A stretch of DNA of 32,000 nucleotides, from positions 3,600,001-3,632,000 of the forward strand of contig NC_010296.1 in assembly GCF_000010625.1 (NCBI RefSeq), written 5' to 3'. A model generated the notes under the pieces. The model was not told where the DNA came from. It searched no databases and worked only from the letters and a program-made list of their open reading frames with translations. Both the position numbers and the translations under genes were made by a program. Shown piece after piece: positions 9,174-19,198 of this stretch. Position 1 is the stretch's first letter. Each line of letters opens with the position of its first letter. This stretch comes from Microcystis aeruginosa NIES-843. Lineage in GTDB: Bacteria; Cyanobacteriota; Cyanobacteriia; Cyanobacteriales; Microcystaceae.

Positions 9174-11834
9174 TTAATCCGAACTGAGGTTAACCACAGC
9201 TAATTCTAATGTTTGCTCTTCCTTTTCTAGCTCCTTTTTGCTAAAACTTAACACCTCATCTAGACAATCAATTACCACCGTATCCCCTTCCATAAAAGCT
9301 TGTTCGAGAATTTTTGTGGCTAAAGGATTCTCTAACTCCCGTTGGATAGCACGTTTTAAAGGTCGCGCACCGTAGGTGGGATCGTAACCAACAGTAACGA
9401 TATGATTTTCTGCAGCCGTAGTTAATTCTAGATTGATTTTTTGTTCTCCTAATAATCTTTCCAGACGCTGTAATTGCAGACGAACAATATAACGCAATTC
9501 TTCTTTTTTCAGGGTATGGAAAATAATTAAATCGTCGATACGATTCAAAAATTCGGGACGAAAATGACTCCGCAAAGCTGTTAAAACCCGTTTCCGCATC
9601 TCCTCATAATCGGCATCTTCGGAAACATTTAAAATATGGTCACTGCCAATATTACTGGTCATGACGATAATCGTATTCCGAAAATCCACCACTCGCCCCT
9701 GAGAGTCGGTAATGCGCCCATCGTCAAGCACTTGTAATAAAATGTTAAAAACATCCCGATGGGCCTTCTCCACTTCATCCAATAAAACCACAGAATAGGG
9801 ACGACGACGCACCGCTTCCGATAGTTGTCCCCCTTCCTCGTAACCCACATAACCCGGAGGAGCGCCGATTAACCGCGAAACCGCGTGTTTTTCCATGTAT
9901 TCCGACATATCGATGCGAACCATGGCTTCCTCGGAGTCGAACAGTAACCCTGCTAAGGCCCGCGCTAACTCGGTTTTACCCACTCCTGTGGGTCCCATAA
10001 ATAGGAATGAACCAATCGGACGGGAGGGATCTTTCATTCCTGCGCGTGCGCGTCGAATCGCCGCTGCTACTGCCGTGACCGCTTCATTTTGTCCGACAAC
10101 TTTTTTCTGTAAATGAGACTCTAATTCTAATAATTTTTGTCGTTCCGATTCCATTAAACGATTGACGGGAATTCCTGTCCACCGGGCAACGATTTCGGCG
10201 ATATCAGCATCAGTTACCTGTTGTCTTAATAGGGTCGAACCTGCCGCTTGAATAGTTTCTAGTTCTTTTTCTTTTACTTCTAATTCCCCCTGTAAAATCT
10301 CTAGTTTGCCATACTTTAATTGGGCCGCTTTATTGAGATCATAAGCTCGTTCCGCCTGTTCCACCTGTAGGCGCAATTGTTCTTCTTCCTCTCGCAATAA
10401 TTTAATTTCCTCGGCGATATGTTTTTCCGTTTGCCATTGGTCAGCGAGGGGCTTTTGTTTACTTTCTAATTCCTCAATTTCTTCGACAATTTTTTCTAAA
10501 CGCTCTTGAAAAGCTCGATCTTTTTTCTCCTCTTTTTCTAAGGAGAATTTTTCCATCCGTAACTGCATTAAGCGACGATCTATCATTTCCAAATCGGCGG
10601 GTTTAGTGGTACTTTCTACCTCTAATTTTGCCGCCGCTTCATCGACTAAATCGATCGCTTTATCCGGTAAAAAACGATCGCTAATATAACGATGGGATAA
10701 GGTAGCTGCTGCCACTAGGGCCGAATCGGTAATTGTCACCCCATGATGCACCTCATAACGTTCTTTTAAACCCCGGAGAATCGAGATAGTATCCTCCACG
10801 GAAGGTTCCTTAATATAAACCTGTTGAAAACGTCTTTCTAAAGGGGGATCTTTTTCAATATGATTGCGATATTCATCCAAAGTTGTCGCCCCAATACAGC
10901 GCAATTCTCCCCGAGCTAACATAGGTTTTAATAGGTTGCCTGCATCCATCGATCCCCCTTCCCTAGAACCCGCACCGACAACGGTATGCAGTTCATCAAT
11001 AAAGAGAATAATTCGCCCTTCTGATTGGGTAACTTCTTTCATGACTGACCGCAATCTTTCCTCAAATTCGCCTCGATATTTTGCCCCAGCGATTAAACTT
11101 CCCATATCGAGGGAAATTAACTGACGATTTTTCAAAGATTCGGGAACATCTCCGTTAATAATCCTTTGGGCTAATCCTTCCGCAATAGCGGTTTTTCCTA
11201 CTCCCGGTTCACCGATTAAAACCGGGTTATTTTTCGACCGTCGCGAGAGGACTTGTACCACCCGTCGAATTTCTTCATCGCGACCGATAACCGGGTCTAA
11301 TTTGCCTTCTTTGGCCGCCGCTGTTAAATCCCGGCCATATTTATCTAAAGCTTCGTATTTTTCCTCTTGATTGGGTTCAGTAACCTTTTGAGTACCGCGA
11401 ATAGCTTTGATGGCTAATTCTAAATCTTGGGGGTCAAGATTGAAAGTGCGTAAACATTTCCGGCCAACCCTTTCATCTTCGGCAAAACCGACGAGAAGAT
11501 GTTCGACGGAGATAAATTTATCTTGCCAACTTTCCCGGGATGCTTCCGCTCGATCGAGCAGCAGATCAAGACCACGACCTAGGTATAATTGATCGACGAT
11601 GGCCACTTTCGGCTGTCGGTTGGTGAAGACTTCTAGCTGTTGTTGCAGTCGGGGAATTTCAATATTAGCTTTTTGTAAAATCCGGGTGGCTAGACCGTTA
11701 TTCTGCTCTAGGAGGGCAATAATAACGTGTTCCACCTCTAAGGTCTGGTTTTTGAAGCGTCGCGCAATTTCTTGCGATTTAACGATTGAATCCCAAGCTT
11801 GTTCGGTAAATTTATTCGAGTCTGTGGGTTGCAT
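9174..11834 (-). CDS. clpB: ATP-dependent chaperone ClpB
   Basis: Two AAA+ modules are present (GEPGVGKT and GPTGVGKT Walker A motifs), with a long coiled-coil middle domain and a Clp_N repeat. I place the start at the ATG at 11834 ([14 protein letters not shown]...). Confidence 0.93.
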   Translation of the reverse strand: MQPTDSNKFTEQAWDSIVKSQEIARRFKNQTLEVEHVIIALLEQNNGLATRILQKANIEIPRLQQQLEVFTNRQPKVAIVDQLYLGRGLDLLLDRAEASRESWQDKFISVEHLLVGFAEDERVGRKCLRTFNLDPQDLELAIKAIRGTQKVTEPNQEEKYEALDKYGRDLTAAAKEGKLDPVIGRDEEIRRVVQVLSRRSKNNPVLIGEPGVGKTAIAEGLAQRIINGDVPESLKNRQLISLDMGSLIAGAKYRGEFEERLRSVMKEVTQSEGRIILFIDELHTVVGAGSREGGSMDAGNLLKPMLARGELRCIGATTLDEYRNHIEKDPPLERRFQQVYIKEPSVEDTISILRGLKERYEVHHGVTITDSALVAAATLSHRYISDRFLPDKAIDLVDEAAAKLEVESTTKPADLEMIDRRLMQLRMEKFSLEKEEKKDRAFQERLEKIVEEIEELESKQKPLADQWQTEKHIAEEIKLLREEEEQLRLQVEQAERAYDLNKAAQLKYGKLEILQGELEVKEKELETIQAAGSTLLRQQVTDADIAEIVARWTGIPVNRLMESERQKLLELESHLQKKVVGQNEAVTAVAAAIRRARAGMKDPSRPIGSFLFMGPTGVGKTELARALAGLLFDSEEAMVRIDMSEYMEKHAVSRLIGAPPGYVGYEEGGQLSEAVRRRPYSVVLLDEVEKAHRDVFNILLQVLDDGRITDSQGRVVDFRNTIIVMTSNIGSDHILNVSEDADYEEMRKRVLTALRSHFRPEFLNRIDDLIIFHTLKKEELRYIVRLQLQRLERLLGEQKINLELTTAAENHIVTVGYDPTYGARPLKRAIQRELENPLATKILEQAFMEGDTVVIDCLDEVLSFSKKELEKEEQTLELAVVNLSSD

Positions 11835-11934
11835 TCTGCACCAATGAGGAAAGCCAGTGTCAGAGGTATAGTATAGCAAGGAGTCTCGATCGATCACAAA
11901 GTTCCAGGCTCAACAAAGGATCTGACTTGAAAGA

Positions 11935-11972
11935 GGGTGTGGGGTGTAGGGTGTGGGGTGTAGGGTGTGGGG
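11935..11972. repeat. G-rich heptamer tandem repeat (GGGGTGT/AGGGTGT)
   Basis: The sequence is gggtgtggggtgtagggtgtggggtgtagggtgtgggg. The same heptamer forms the core of the MITE family in this window. Confidence 0.9.
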
Positions 11973-11990
11973 AGAATAAATAAAAAAGTC

Positions 11991-12032
11991 TCCTATCTCC
12001 TATCTCCTATCTCCTGACTCCTATCTCCTGAC
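11991..12032. repeat. Heptamer tandem repeat (TCCTATC/TCCTGAC) x6
   Basis: Six consecutive heptamers, read directly from the sequence. Confidence 0.9.
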
Positions 12033-12397
12033 TTGAAAATAGAAGCTGAAATAAGGCAAATTCGTCAATCATACGGCCATCCGTTGAGTATAGGCTACAT
12101 ATCAGGAGAGGCACTCCTGCGAGTGAAGTGACTCTCAAATTATTACAGATGCGTCAGCGGCTGCGTGTAAGCATCCCACCGAAAAACTAATGCGCGGGGG
12201 GTTTGGGGGGTTCTACCCCCCAAAAGCTTGGATTGAGTAATCAGATCTGAAGTAATACGGCCATCCGTTGAGTCTAGGCCACATATCAGGAAAGAAACTC
12301 CTGCAAAAGGGGGAATAAATAATCAGTTTTTAATAACCGGATTTAGGATCAGAATATTTTCATGCTTGACGGTGTAACTTGTTGCATCGGGACTGAC

Positions 12398-13014
12398 TTA
12401 TTTATCGCTATTACCCAATTGGGTTAAAGCTGTCCCGGTGAGGCGACAAATTTGCCACTCTTTGAAGACCTTAGCCCCCATTTTTCCATAAAAATCGATC
12501 GCCAGTTGATTCCGGGAGCATCTCATTTATGCAAGTGAGTAATTATACTTATCCCTAAAACTGTTTTCTAGCAAGGCTTTCAAAATAGCTTGACATAAAA
12601 ACCTGATTTAGGGGTTACAAAGGTGAGATGCTCCCGTTGATTCCACTCTAAGACAGTCCATTCTAAAAGTCCTGCATCCCTAGCGACGGCAATTTTAGCC
12701 ACAGCCATTAGTAAAGCTTTCCCGATACCTTGACTGCGATAATCGGGTAAAACGAAGATATCTTCTAGGTAAATCCCCGGTTTAGTTATAAAGGTGGAAT
12801 AGTTAGCAAAAAATAGGGCAAAACCGACTATTTTACCCTCTACTTCCACCACCAATGCTTCGATGTAGGGTTTTTCTCCGAATAAATGCTCCCCTAAAGC
12901 TTGACTATTTCCTGTCATCAAATGGCTGAGTTCTTGATAGGCCGCTAAGGCGACAATTAAGTCAAAAATAGCCTTGACATCGGTAGCAACGGCGGCACGG
13001 ATGGAATAATTCAT
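12398..13014 (-). pseudogene. GNAT-family N-acetyltransferase interrupted by a MITE
   Basis: The 144-aa ORF carries the acetyl-CoA motif (RSQGIGKALL) but diverges after LEWNQ. Removing 12514-12635 and one TSD copy restores ...LEWNQLAIDFYGKMGAKVFKEWQICRLTGTALTQLGNSDK*, in frame, ending at 12398. Confidence 0.85.
12514..12635. mobile_element. 122-bp MITE with 12-bp perfect terminal inverted repeats and a 9-bp TSD
   Basis: The IRs are GGGAGCATCTCA (12514-12525) and TGAGATGCTCCC (12624-12635). The direct repeat GTTGATTCC lies at 12505-12513 and 12636-12644. Confidence 0.9.
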
Positions 13015-13036
13015 GATTGCTGGTCAAATCTTGATT

Positions 13037-13339
13037 TTAATGCTGATGATGTTTATGGGGGGATTCAGCAGGGGGAGAATTAAGATTGGAAAAATGGCCG
13101 TTATTTAATCCCATCCCAACGCTACCAATACTAAAAAGTCCCATGGACACAAAACCGGCCGCAATTGTCCCCATGGCCACGGTTCCAATGGAAACTATTC
13201 CCATAGGAACAATACCGATGGAAATAACGCCCATGGGAACAATGCCAATAGAAATTATACCAGTGGGGGCAATACCGATCGACAACCATTTTCGCCCACC
13301 ACAACTATTCTCTTTTTCTTGACCTAGATTGGAATCCAT
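13037..13339 (-). CDS. Small membrane protein with six decapeptide Gly-zipper-like repeats and a His-rich C-terminus
   Basis: Six 10-aa SIGIVPMGxx-like units (Gly every fifth residue) are followed by SPHKHHQH. It is co-oriented with its neighbours. The antisense frame is also open because of the repeat, so strand choice is not certain. Confidence 0.45.
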   Translation of the reverse strand: MDSNLGQEKENSCGGRKWLSIGIAPTGIISIGIVPMGVISIGIVPMGIVSIGTVAMGTIAAGFVSMGLFSIGSVGMGLNNGHFSNLNSPPAESPHKHHQH

Positions 13340-13458
13340 GCTTTTAACCCCGAAGATGCTTTGAGCCTTACCATCCTAGGTTAGGGGTAGAATTCTTGTC
13401 AAAAGACCGCTAGTCAAAATGAAAGTTAATTTTTTCTAAAAACTATTGACTTTTCATC

Positions 13459-14355
13459 TCAGTTATGTACTGGCGGGATACCGGCCACGTCGAGAATTTT
13501 TGGGACTAAATCCTCCCGTTTAATCGCCATGATGTGGACACCTTGACATAACTGCTGGGCTAATTTTATTTGTTCGGCGGCGATTTTGATGCCTTCTTCG
13601 AGGGGATGGGCTGCATCGGCGAGTCTTTGAATGATATGGTCGGGAATTTGTACCCCCGGCACATTTTTATTTAAAAATACGGCGTTTTTAGCTGATTTTA
13701 ACAGAAAAATCCCCGCTAGAATCGGTTTATCGGCCAGCGAGGCCACCTGCTGCATGAACTTATCAAGACACTCGAAATCCGTAACTAATTGACTTTGAAA
13801 AAACTGCGCTCCCGCTTCGATTTTACGCTCAAAACGGCGTTGAAGACCAGACTTACTTTTTGACTGCACATCAACGGCAGCCCCAGCAAAAAGTTCTAGG
13901 GGTCCATCCGGTAAAGATTTATCGTTAAAGTCAAAACCTTTATTCAATTTATCGATTAATTTTAACAAACGTACCGATTCTAGGTCAAAAACTGCTCTAG
14001 CCTGGGGGTGATCTCCTGCTTTGACGGGATCTCCAGTTAAAGCTAGTATATTTCTCAATCCCAAAGCATGAGCGCCCATGAGATCTGCTTGTAATCCGAT
14101 CACATTGCGATCGCGACAGGCCATTTGACAGATGGGTTCGATGTCGTGTTGATAGAGAATAGCGGAGGCAGCCAGAGAGGACATTCGCACTACGGCGCGA
14201 CTGCCATCGGTAATGTTAGCCGCATGAACACGATTTTTTAGCCAGAGGGCCATTTCTAGCATATGACTGGCATTACCCCCTTTCGGGGGAGTAATCTCGG
14301 CTGTAATCAAAAATTCTCGGTCTTGAACCGCGCGTCGTAAACGAGTAGTCATCAA
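13459..14355 (-). CDS. metF: Methylenetetrahydrofolate reductase
   Basis: The 298-aa ORF has the MTHFR layout (EITPPKG, ANITDG, TGDP, QLVTD). Confidence 0.8.
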   Translation of the reverse strand: MMTTRLRRAVQDREFLITAEITPPKGGNASHMLEMALWLKNRVHAANITDGSRAVVRMSSLAASAILYQHDIEPICQMACRDRNVIGLQADLMGAHALGLRNILALTGDPVKAGDHPQARAVFDLESVRLLKLIDKLNKGFDFNDKSLPDGPLELFAGAAVDVQSKSKSGLQRRFERKIEAGAQFFQSQLVTDFECLDKFMQQVASLADKPILAGIFLLKSAKNAVFLNKNVPGVQIPDHIIQRLADAAHPLEEGIKIAAEQIKLAQQLCQGVHIMAIKREDLVPKILDVAGIPPVHN

Positions 14356-15053
14356 TTTATCTAGGTTTTAATCTTGACACTCCCATCGGTAAAACCGAGG
14401 GATTCTTGGGCTGAATCTTGCCTCTACTAGCAATGCTAATTTTGGTCTTACATTTTCATGTCTAGTCCGACTACACCTATAAGGCAAGCACTCTTGTGGA
14501 CTACTCCCCAAGCTTAAATTCGGGTATGCCCTACCCTATTTGATTATTTTTATCTCCCACCTATGCCATATTTTTTGTTAGAGGGCAGTGAGGTATTGGG
14601 GCAACCTTTTTGAGTTGGTGACACTAGCCTTTTTACAACGGTCAGTTCGCGTGCCACGACTACACATCTGATTTTCCGCTTGCTTTCACTTTAGCACAAA
14701 TTATCTTAAAACAGCAGAGTTTTAGTTGTGCTTCGCTGTTTCTATACTGGTCGGGGTTTCATCCCGTCTGTAAAACCGAGGGTCTTCACCCCGACATTTA
14801 AGATAAATTTTATAGTAGATTTAGCCCGGAAATGACTCGGAGGCAAGGAATGATCATCGGGCGGCCTTGTTTTATACTGGTCAGTGCTGGTGCTTGGCTG
14901 ATATCAGATGAGTTAACTGGCAGGAAAAAATTTCTAATGTAGTATAATACACGGACAGTTTAACCAAATTCGTTTACAAGTGTAAAGGACAACCGATTCG
15001 ATCGAGCGATCATGCAAACTCTTCCTCCTCCTACTAAAGACAAAGACGCAATC

Positions 15054-15737
15054 ATGACCCATCCCCTCAAAATCGTCGCTTTAGGAGATAGCCTTGTTTA
15101 TGGCTATGGCGACCCCGTGGGTGGCGGTTGGGCCGAACGCCTACGTCGTTTGTGGATGGAAAGTGCCGGTCATGCCCTGTATAATTTGGGGATTCGCGGC
15201 GATCGAGTGGTACAAGTGTCCGAACGTTTAGAACAGGAATTTCGTCTCAGGGGAGAAATTCGCAATCGTCTCCCCGACCTGATTCTTCTCTCCGTCGGTG
15301 TTAATGATACAGCCCGTTTAGGCCGGCCCGATGGTCGTACTTATACCGATCACGATCTTTTTCAAACTCAAATTGAACATTTACTCGGCCGGGCCCGTTC
15401 TCTTTGCCCGGTTTTGTTTATAGGTATGATTCCCGTGGATGAGCGGAAAATGCCCTTTTTAGATTGCTTTTACTTCAACCATCGCGATCAGTATCGTTTT
15501 AAAGAAACCACTAAACAAGCTTGTCTAGAGCAAAATATTCCCTATCTCGATTTATTTGATCTCTGGATGAACCGGGGTGATCTGTGGTGTCAAGAAAGAT
15601 TAATGGAAGATGGACTTCATCCCAATGTCCAGGGCTATCAATCAATTTTAGAGGATATTTTAAACTGGTCGCCCCTCACCTCCTTTGTCGGTGTGGATGG
15701 TTTTATTCAACCGTTCACAGGAATTGCCGAAAAGTGA
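15054..15737 (+). CDS. SGNH/GDSL-family hydrolase
   Basis: Block I is ALGDSLVYGYGD, with the GVND block and the C-terminal DGLHPN block containing the catalytic His. I place the start at the ATG at 15054. Confidence 0.75.
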   Translation: MTHPLKIVALGDSLVYGYGDPVGGGWAERLRRLWMESAGHALYNLGIRGDRVVQVSERLEQEFRLRGEIRNRLPDLILLSVGVNDTARLGRPDGRTYTDHDLFQTQIEHLLGRARSLCPVLFIGMIPVDERKMPFLDCFYFNHRDQYRFKETTKQACLEQNIPYLDLFDLWMNRGDLWCQERLMEDGLHPNVQGYQSILEDILNWSPLTSFVGVDGFIQPFTGIAEK

Positions 15738-16038
15738 TGTCCTCTGTTCTCAGTTTGTTTGACATTGACGCTAGATTCTTGGTTCAACAAGTTCACTTCT
15801 TCCTCTTCTGTCGAGACAACCCAATAGACCTCGACCTAATATTATCTCAAGACTAAAAGTCTTTCTAGTTAAGGAATCTATCCGAATAAAAATTATTTTA
15901 ATTGCCTCATATTTTTTCAGTAAAATTGAATTAGCAACGATAGATATACATTCCAGCCATCGAACTGTTTAGTTAGTACATAAATCAAAAGCAGGCTGTG
16001 ACTGAGTTAAGTAGTCGTGCAAAATTAATTTCCTAGTC

Positions 16039-16094
16039 GAGACAGGAGACTCCGAGACAGGAGACGGGAGACGGGAGACGGGAGACGGGAGACA
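16039..16094. repeat. Heptamer tandem repeat (GGAGACG/GGAGACA)
   Basis: The sequence is gagacaggagactccgagacaggagacgggagacgggagacgggagacgggagaca. Confidence 0.9.
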
Positions 16095-16126
16095 GCTATT
16101 AGGGATCGGATTTGAGTTTTCAGTTC

Positions 16127-17490
16127 ACTAGACCTCTTGCAAAAGTCTTAAGTCGATCCTTGTACAGCAACATTTTTGAAGATTATCAACTACTAATAAA
16201 TAATTAACTAGACCTCTTGCATAATTTTTTTATGGTATAATATAAGGTTTTGCTTTTTTCTCAATTCTTAGATTGAAGTGGAAAAAAGAATAAAATGTGA
16301 TCTTAGGTCAGGAAATCATCTATAATTTTGCTATGTTTATTAGCAAAATTATGGATTATCAAAACTTATCAGATGAACAATTCAAACGCCGTTTCGGTGT
16401 GTATAAACAAACCTATAGAAAGATGGTAGAATCAGTAAAAAGTGTTGAAGCCGACTCTAATTCACCATCTAAAAGGGGACCGAAACCTAAACTATCTATA
16501 GAAGAACAAGTTTTAGTAACGTTAGAATATTGGCGAGAATATAGAACATATTTTCACATTGGTACAAGCTGGGAACTATCAGAATCAACTATATGTCGGA
16601 TTGTAAATAAGACGGAAAAAATGCTTTTACAATCGGGAAACTTCCGTTTAAAAGGAAAAAAAGCTTTACTCAATCAAGCAGAGATACCGGTCATAACGGT
16701 AATGGATGTAACGGAAACTCCCATTGAACGCCCCCAAAAGAAACAGAAAGATTTTTTGGGGGGTAAAAGAGGTTATCATACTTTAAAATCCCAATTAGTA
16801 GCTGATCAAAATACAAAGGAAATTATCTGTGTCTTTTGTGGGAAAGGTAGAGGTCATGATTTTAGTTTATTTAAAAAAAGTCGAGTTCGTTTTCATCCTT
16901 TAACTACCAGCATAGAAGACAGTGGTTATCAGGGAATAGCTGCATACCATAGTAATAGTTATACACCGAAAAAGAAATCGAAAAATAGAAAATTAACAGA
17001 GTTAGAAAAAGAGTATAACAAGGCTTTAGCCAAAGAAAGGATTATCATTGAACATATAAATAGGAAACTCAAAATCTTTAAAATCTTATCCTGTAAATAT
17101 CGGAATCGTCGTCGAAGATATAGTTTAAGAGTTAACTTGTTGGCGGCTATTTATAACTGTGAGTTAGGGATAGGTATAGCAGCTTCTTAAAAGTTGCCTA
17201 AAGATTAATCAAGTCAAGGAGAATTTATTCTCAATTTTTATAATTGAGATAGTTTGTGCCGCTTAAATAAAGAGGTTTTGATAACCAAATTAAAGCAGCT
17301 CTAAAGAGTTTTGAGTTAAAAGTTAAACTTCAAGTTTTCATTCAGGACAAATGTACTGATTAACTAATTTTTTGGGGAAAATTAGTTAACCCATCATTAT
17401 AACATATAATTAATTTGCAAGAGTTCTACTGAAAGTCCCTCCCATTATTGTTTCTATCGTTTGTTTTCGGATTTATGCAAGAGGTCTACT
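16127..17490 (+). mobile_element. IS5-superfamily (DDE_Tnp_4 / HARBI1-like) insertion sequence with duplicated ends
   Basis: ACTAGACCTCTTGCA occurs at 16127 and 16207. Its inverted partners GCAAGAG(T/G)TCTACT occur at 17417 and 17477. One intact transposase ORF lies between them. Confidence 0.7.
16351..17190 (+). CDS. IS5-family DDE transposase (DDE_Tnp_4-like)
   Basis: An N-terminal HTH region is followed by D...D...E spacing, including the C-terminal ERIIIEHINRKLKIFKIL motif typical of this family. I place the start at the ATG at 16351. Confidence 0.7.
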   Translation: MDYQNLSDEQFKRRFGVYKQTYRKMVESVKSVEADSNSPSKRGPKPKLSIEEQVLVTLEYWREYRTYFHIGTSWELSESTICRIVNKTEKMLLQSGNFRLKGKKALLNQAEIPVITVMDVTETPIERPQKKQKDFLGGKRGYHTLKSQLVADQNTKEIICVFCGKGRGHDFSLFKKSRVRFHPLTTSIEDSGYQGIAAYHSNSYTPKKKSKNRKLTELEKEYNKALAKERIIIEHINRKLKIFKILSCKYRNRRRRYSLRVNLLAAIYNCELGIGIAAS

Positions 17491-17594
17491 GTTTCCTCAC
17501 ACCAGAAGTCTGACGGAGTAGTGGCTTAGATGTGTAATTAATTTTGCTTAGGTACTTATAATTTTTGGAGATGTCTAATTATTTGTAGGATGGG

Positions 17595-17777
17595 TTAGGG
17601 GTAGCGTAACATGAGCTGCACAGGCAAGATAGGGATTATCACCAAAATGACGGCAATTGCGGCAAAAATGCCGACGTTTGGCGGGCCTATCCGAAAATAC
17701 CTCTCGACTTTCCAGTAAATTTCCTGATTTTCGAGGGCCAGTACTTGTATCCCACATTCCGCACCCTCAACTGTCAC
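17595..17777 (-). CDS. Possible small membrane protein (60 aa)
   Basis: A GTG start is preceded by GGAGGGGG 9 nt upstream. The C-terminal hydrophobic helix is GIFAAIAVILVIIPILPV. I recognise no family. Confidence 0.3.
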   Translation of the reverse strand: MTVEGAECGIQVLALENQEIYWKVERYFRIGPPNVGIFAAIAVILVIIPILPVQLMLRYP

Positions 17778-19198
17778 ATAAGCTGTCCCCCTCCAGAGAC
17801 TTGAGTAAAAATACTTAGCTGGTGAAGGTTGTCTCGGTGGCCGCTAGGGGGGTCTTGAGACCCCTAATTATGAAAAAATAGGAATTGTTGGAAAACTTAG
17901 GCGAGTGGACTGTTCGACCATGGATCAATCGGTAATGATTTGGTAGTAGTGGCGTAGCCCTCTTGCTTACCTGGTATGAATTGTGTAAAATATTTATTAA
18001 TAAAAATAATGGTTCTTCCGAACTTACCATGTAAAATCAACTAGCAAAATGCCAATTTAATAAACATCTAAGACGGGAGCAAGTCAAAGCTGAAGAACAA
18101 ATAAACTACTTGACAAAAGCATCAATTGGGTATGGGATAGAGAAAAGAGTGGGGAAAAGACAAAAATGACTCCAGAGCAACAACAAGAACTTAACCAACA
18201 TATTCAAGCGATAGCCAAGATTCTTCATCAGGAAGCTGAGGCTGAAAAAATCCAAACTTTAGAGGGAATAGAGACGACAATAAGAGAACAGACCTGAAAA
18301 TATATAACTCCGAAACTAGGATTTTTTTTGGTCACAAAAACGACAGGAACTCAAGCCGGGAGACCGAGAAAAATAAAAAGCATCATCGGAGAATTATGCC
18401 TGACAGAAAAACAAGCAATCCGTTTAAATATTCCTCGTAATAACCAAATTAGTCCTTACTTAGAACGCTGTTGTTTAAGAGCTAGTGCCAATGTTTCTTA
18501 TGAAAATGCCGCCAGAGATCTTCAATTTTATACAGGGATGAAGGTCTCGGCTAGTGGGACTTAAACAAATTTCAAGCCCAAACAAAGCCTAAACTGGCTT
18601 TGTAAGCGGCAAACACATCCCGATTCTCGGTCAGCCACTCAAAGAAACGGAAAGACATCGCTGTCCGAAAAGCTTCCAAGGCTTCCACAAAAGTGTTTAA
18701 AGGTCGATTCGCCCACTGCCTTTGCAATCCCCCAGTTAACTGATGCCACAGGATAAATGTATAGGCACAAAACACCAAGATAAAATGACGAAGTAAGCTT
18801 CGTTTATCCCTGACTTGATATTCCCTTAACCCTAACCATCCTTTGGCTTCTCGGTAGAATACTTCCACCCAATTTCTTTCGGTGTAAGTCCTCACTATCC
18901 ACGACGCTGTTACTGTATCTGCCTCAACTACATTGGTGATGAAATAGTCCACCTCTGTGGCTTTTTCCATTGAACTTGCATTCATGACGATCGCCAAGTT
19001 CCTTTCTCCTTCTAGTTGAGATATTTTCGCTCTGAATACCGCTACCCAAACCGTTTTTTCTTTATCTAGATTTAGGGTGATTTTCTCCCAATCCTTTTCT
19101 GATAGGCTTTTTGCTAGTTGCTCAAGCTGGATTGTTTCTTCCACACCCCCTTCTTTTTCAATAATTACTTTTCGATTTTTTGCCAATCCTCCTAAGTA

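Noticed and set aside
9659-11847. Six short ORFs inside or antisense to clpB, plus similar internal ORFs in bamA (4038..4268), lpxC (4881..5069), acsF (7748..8255), the zinc-ribbon gene (8551..9057), the IS1380 transposase (25072..25287) and the ISKra4-like transposase (22526..22717).
   Set aside because: They lie wholly within well-supported genes, in other frames or on the other strand. They have low-complexity or Arg-rich translations and no independent support.
13086-13322. A plus-strand 78-aa ORF antisense to the Gly-zipper repeat gene.
   Set aside because: It is open only because of the 30-nt periodic repeat, and it gives a Pro/Met/Thr-rich translation. The minus-strand product is a coherent hydrophobic repeat protein co-oriented with its neighbours. 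The strand choice remains unproven.
17815-18030. The 71-aa minus-strand ORF, and 17575..17757, in the gap between the IS5-like and ISKra4-like elements.
   Set aside because: They have no RBS, no recognisable motifs and an AT-rich context. Only the overlapping 17595..17777 frame, which has a GGAGG RBS and a TM helix, was kept, at low confidence.
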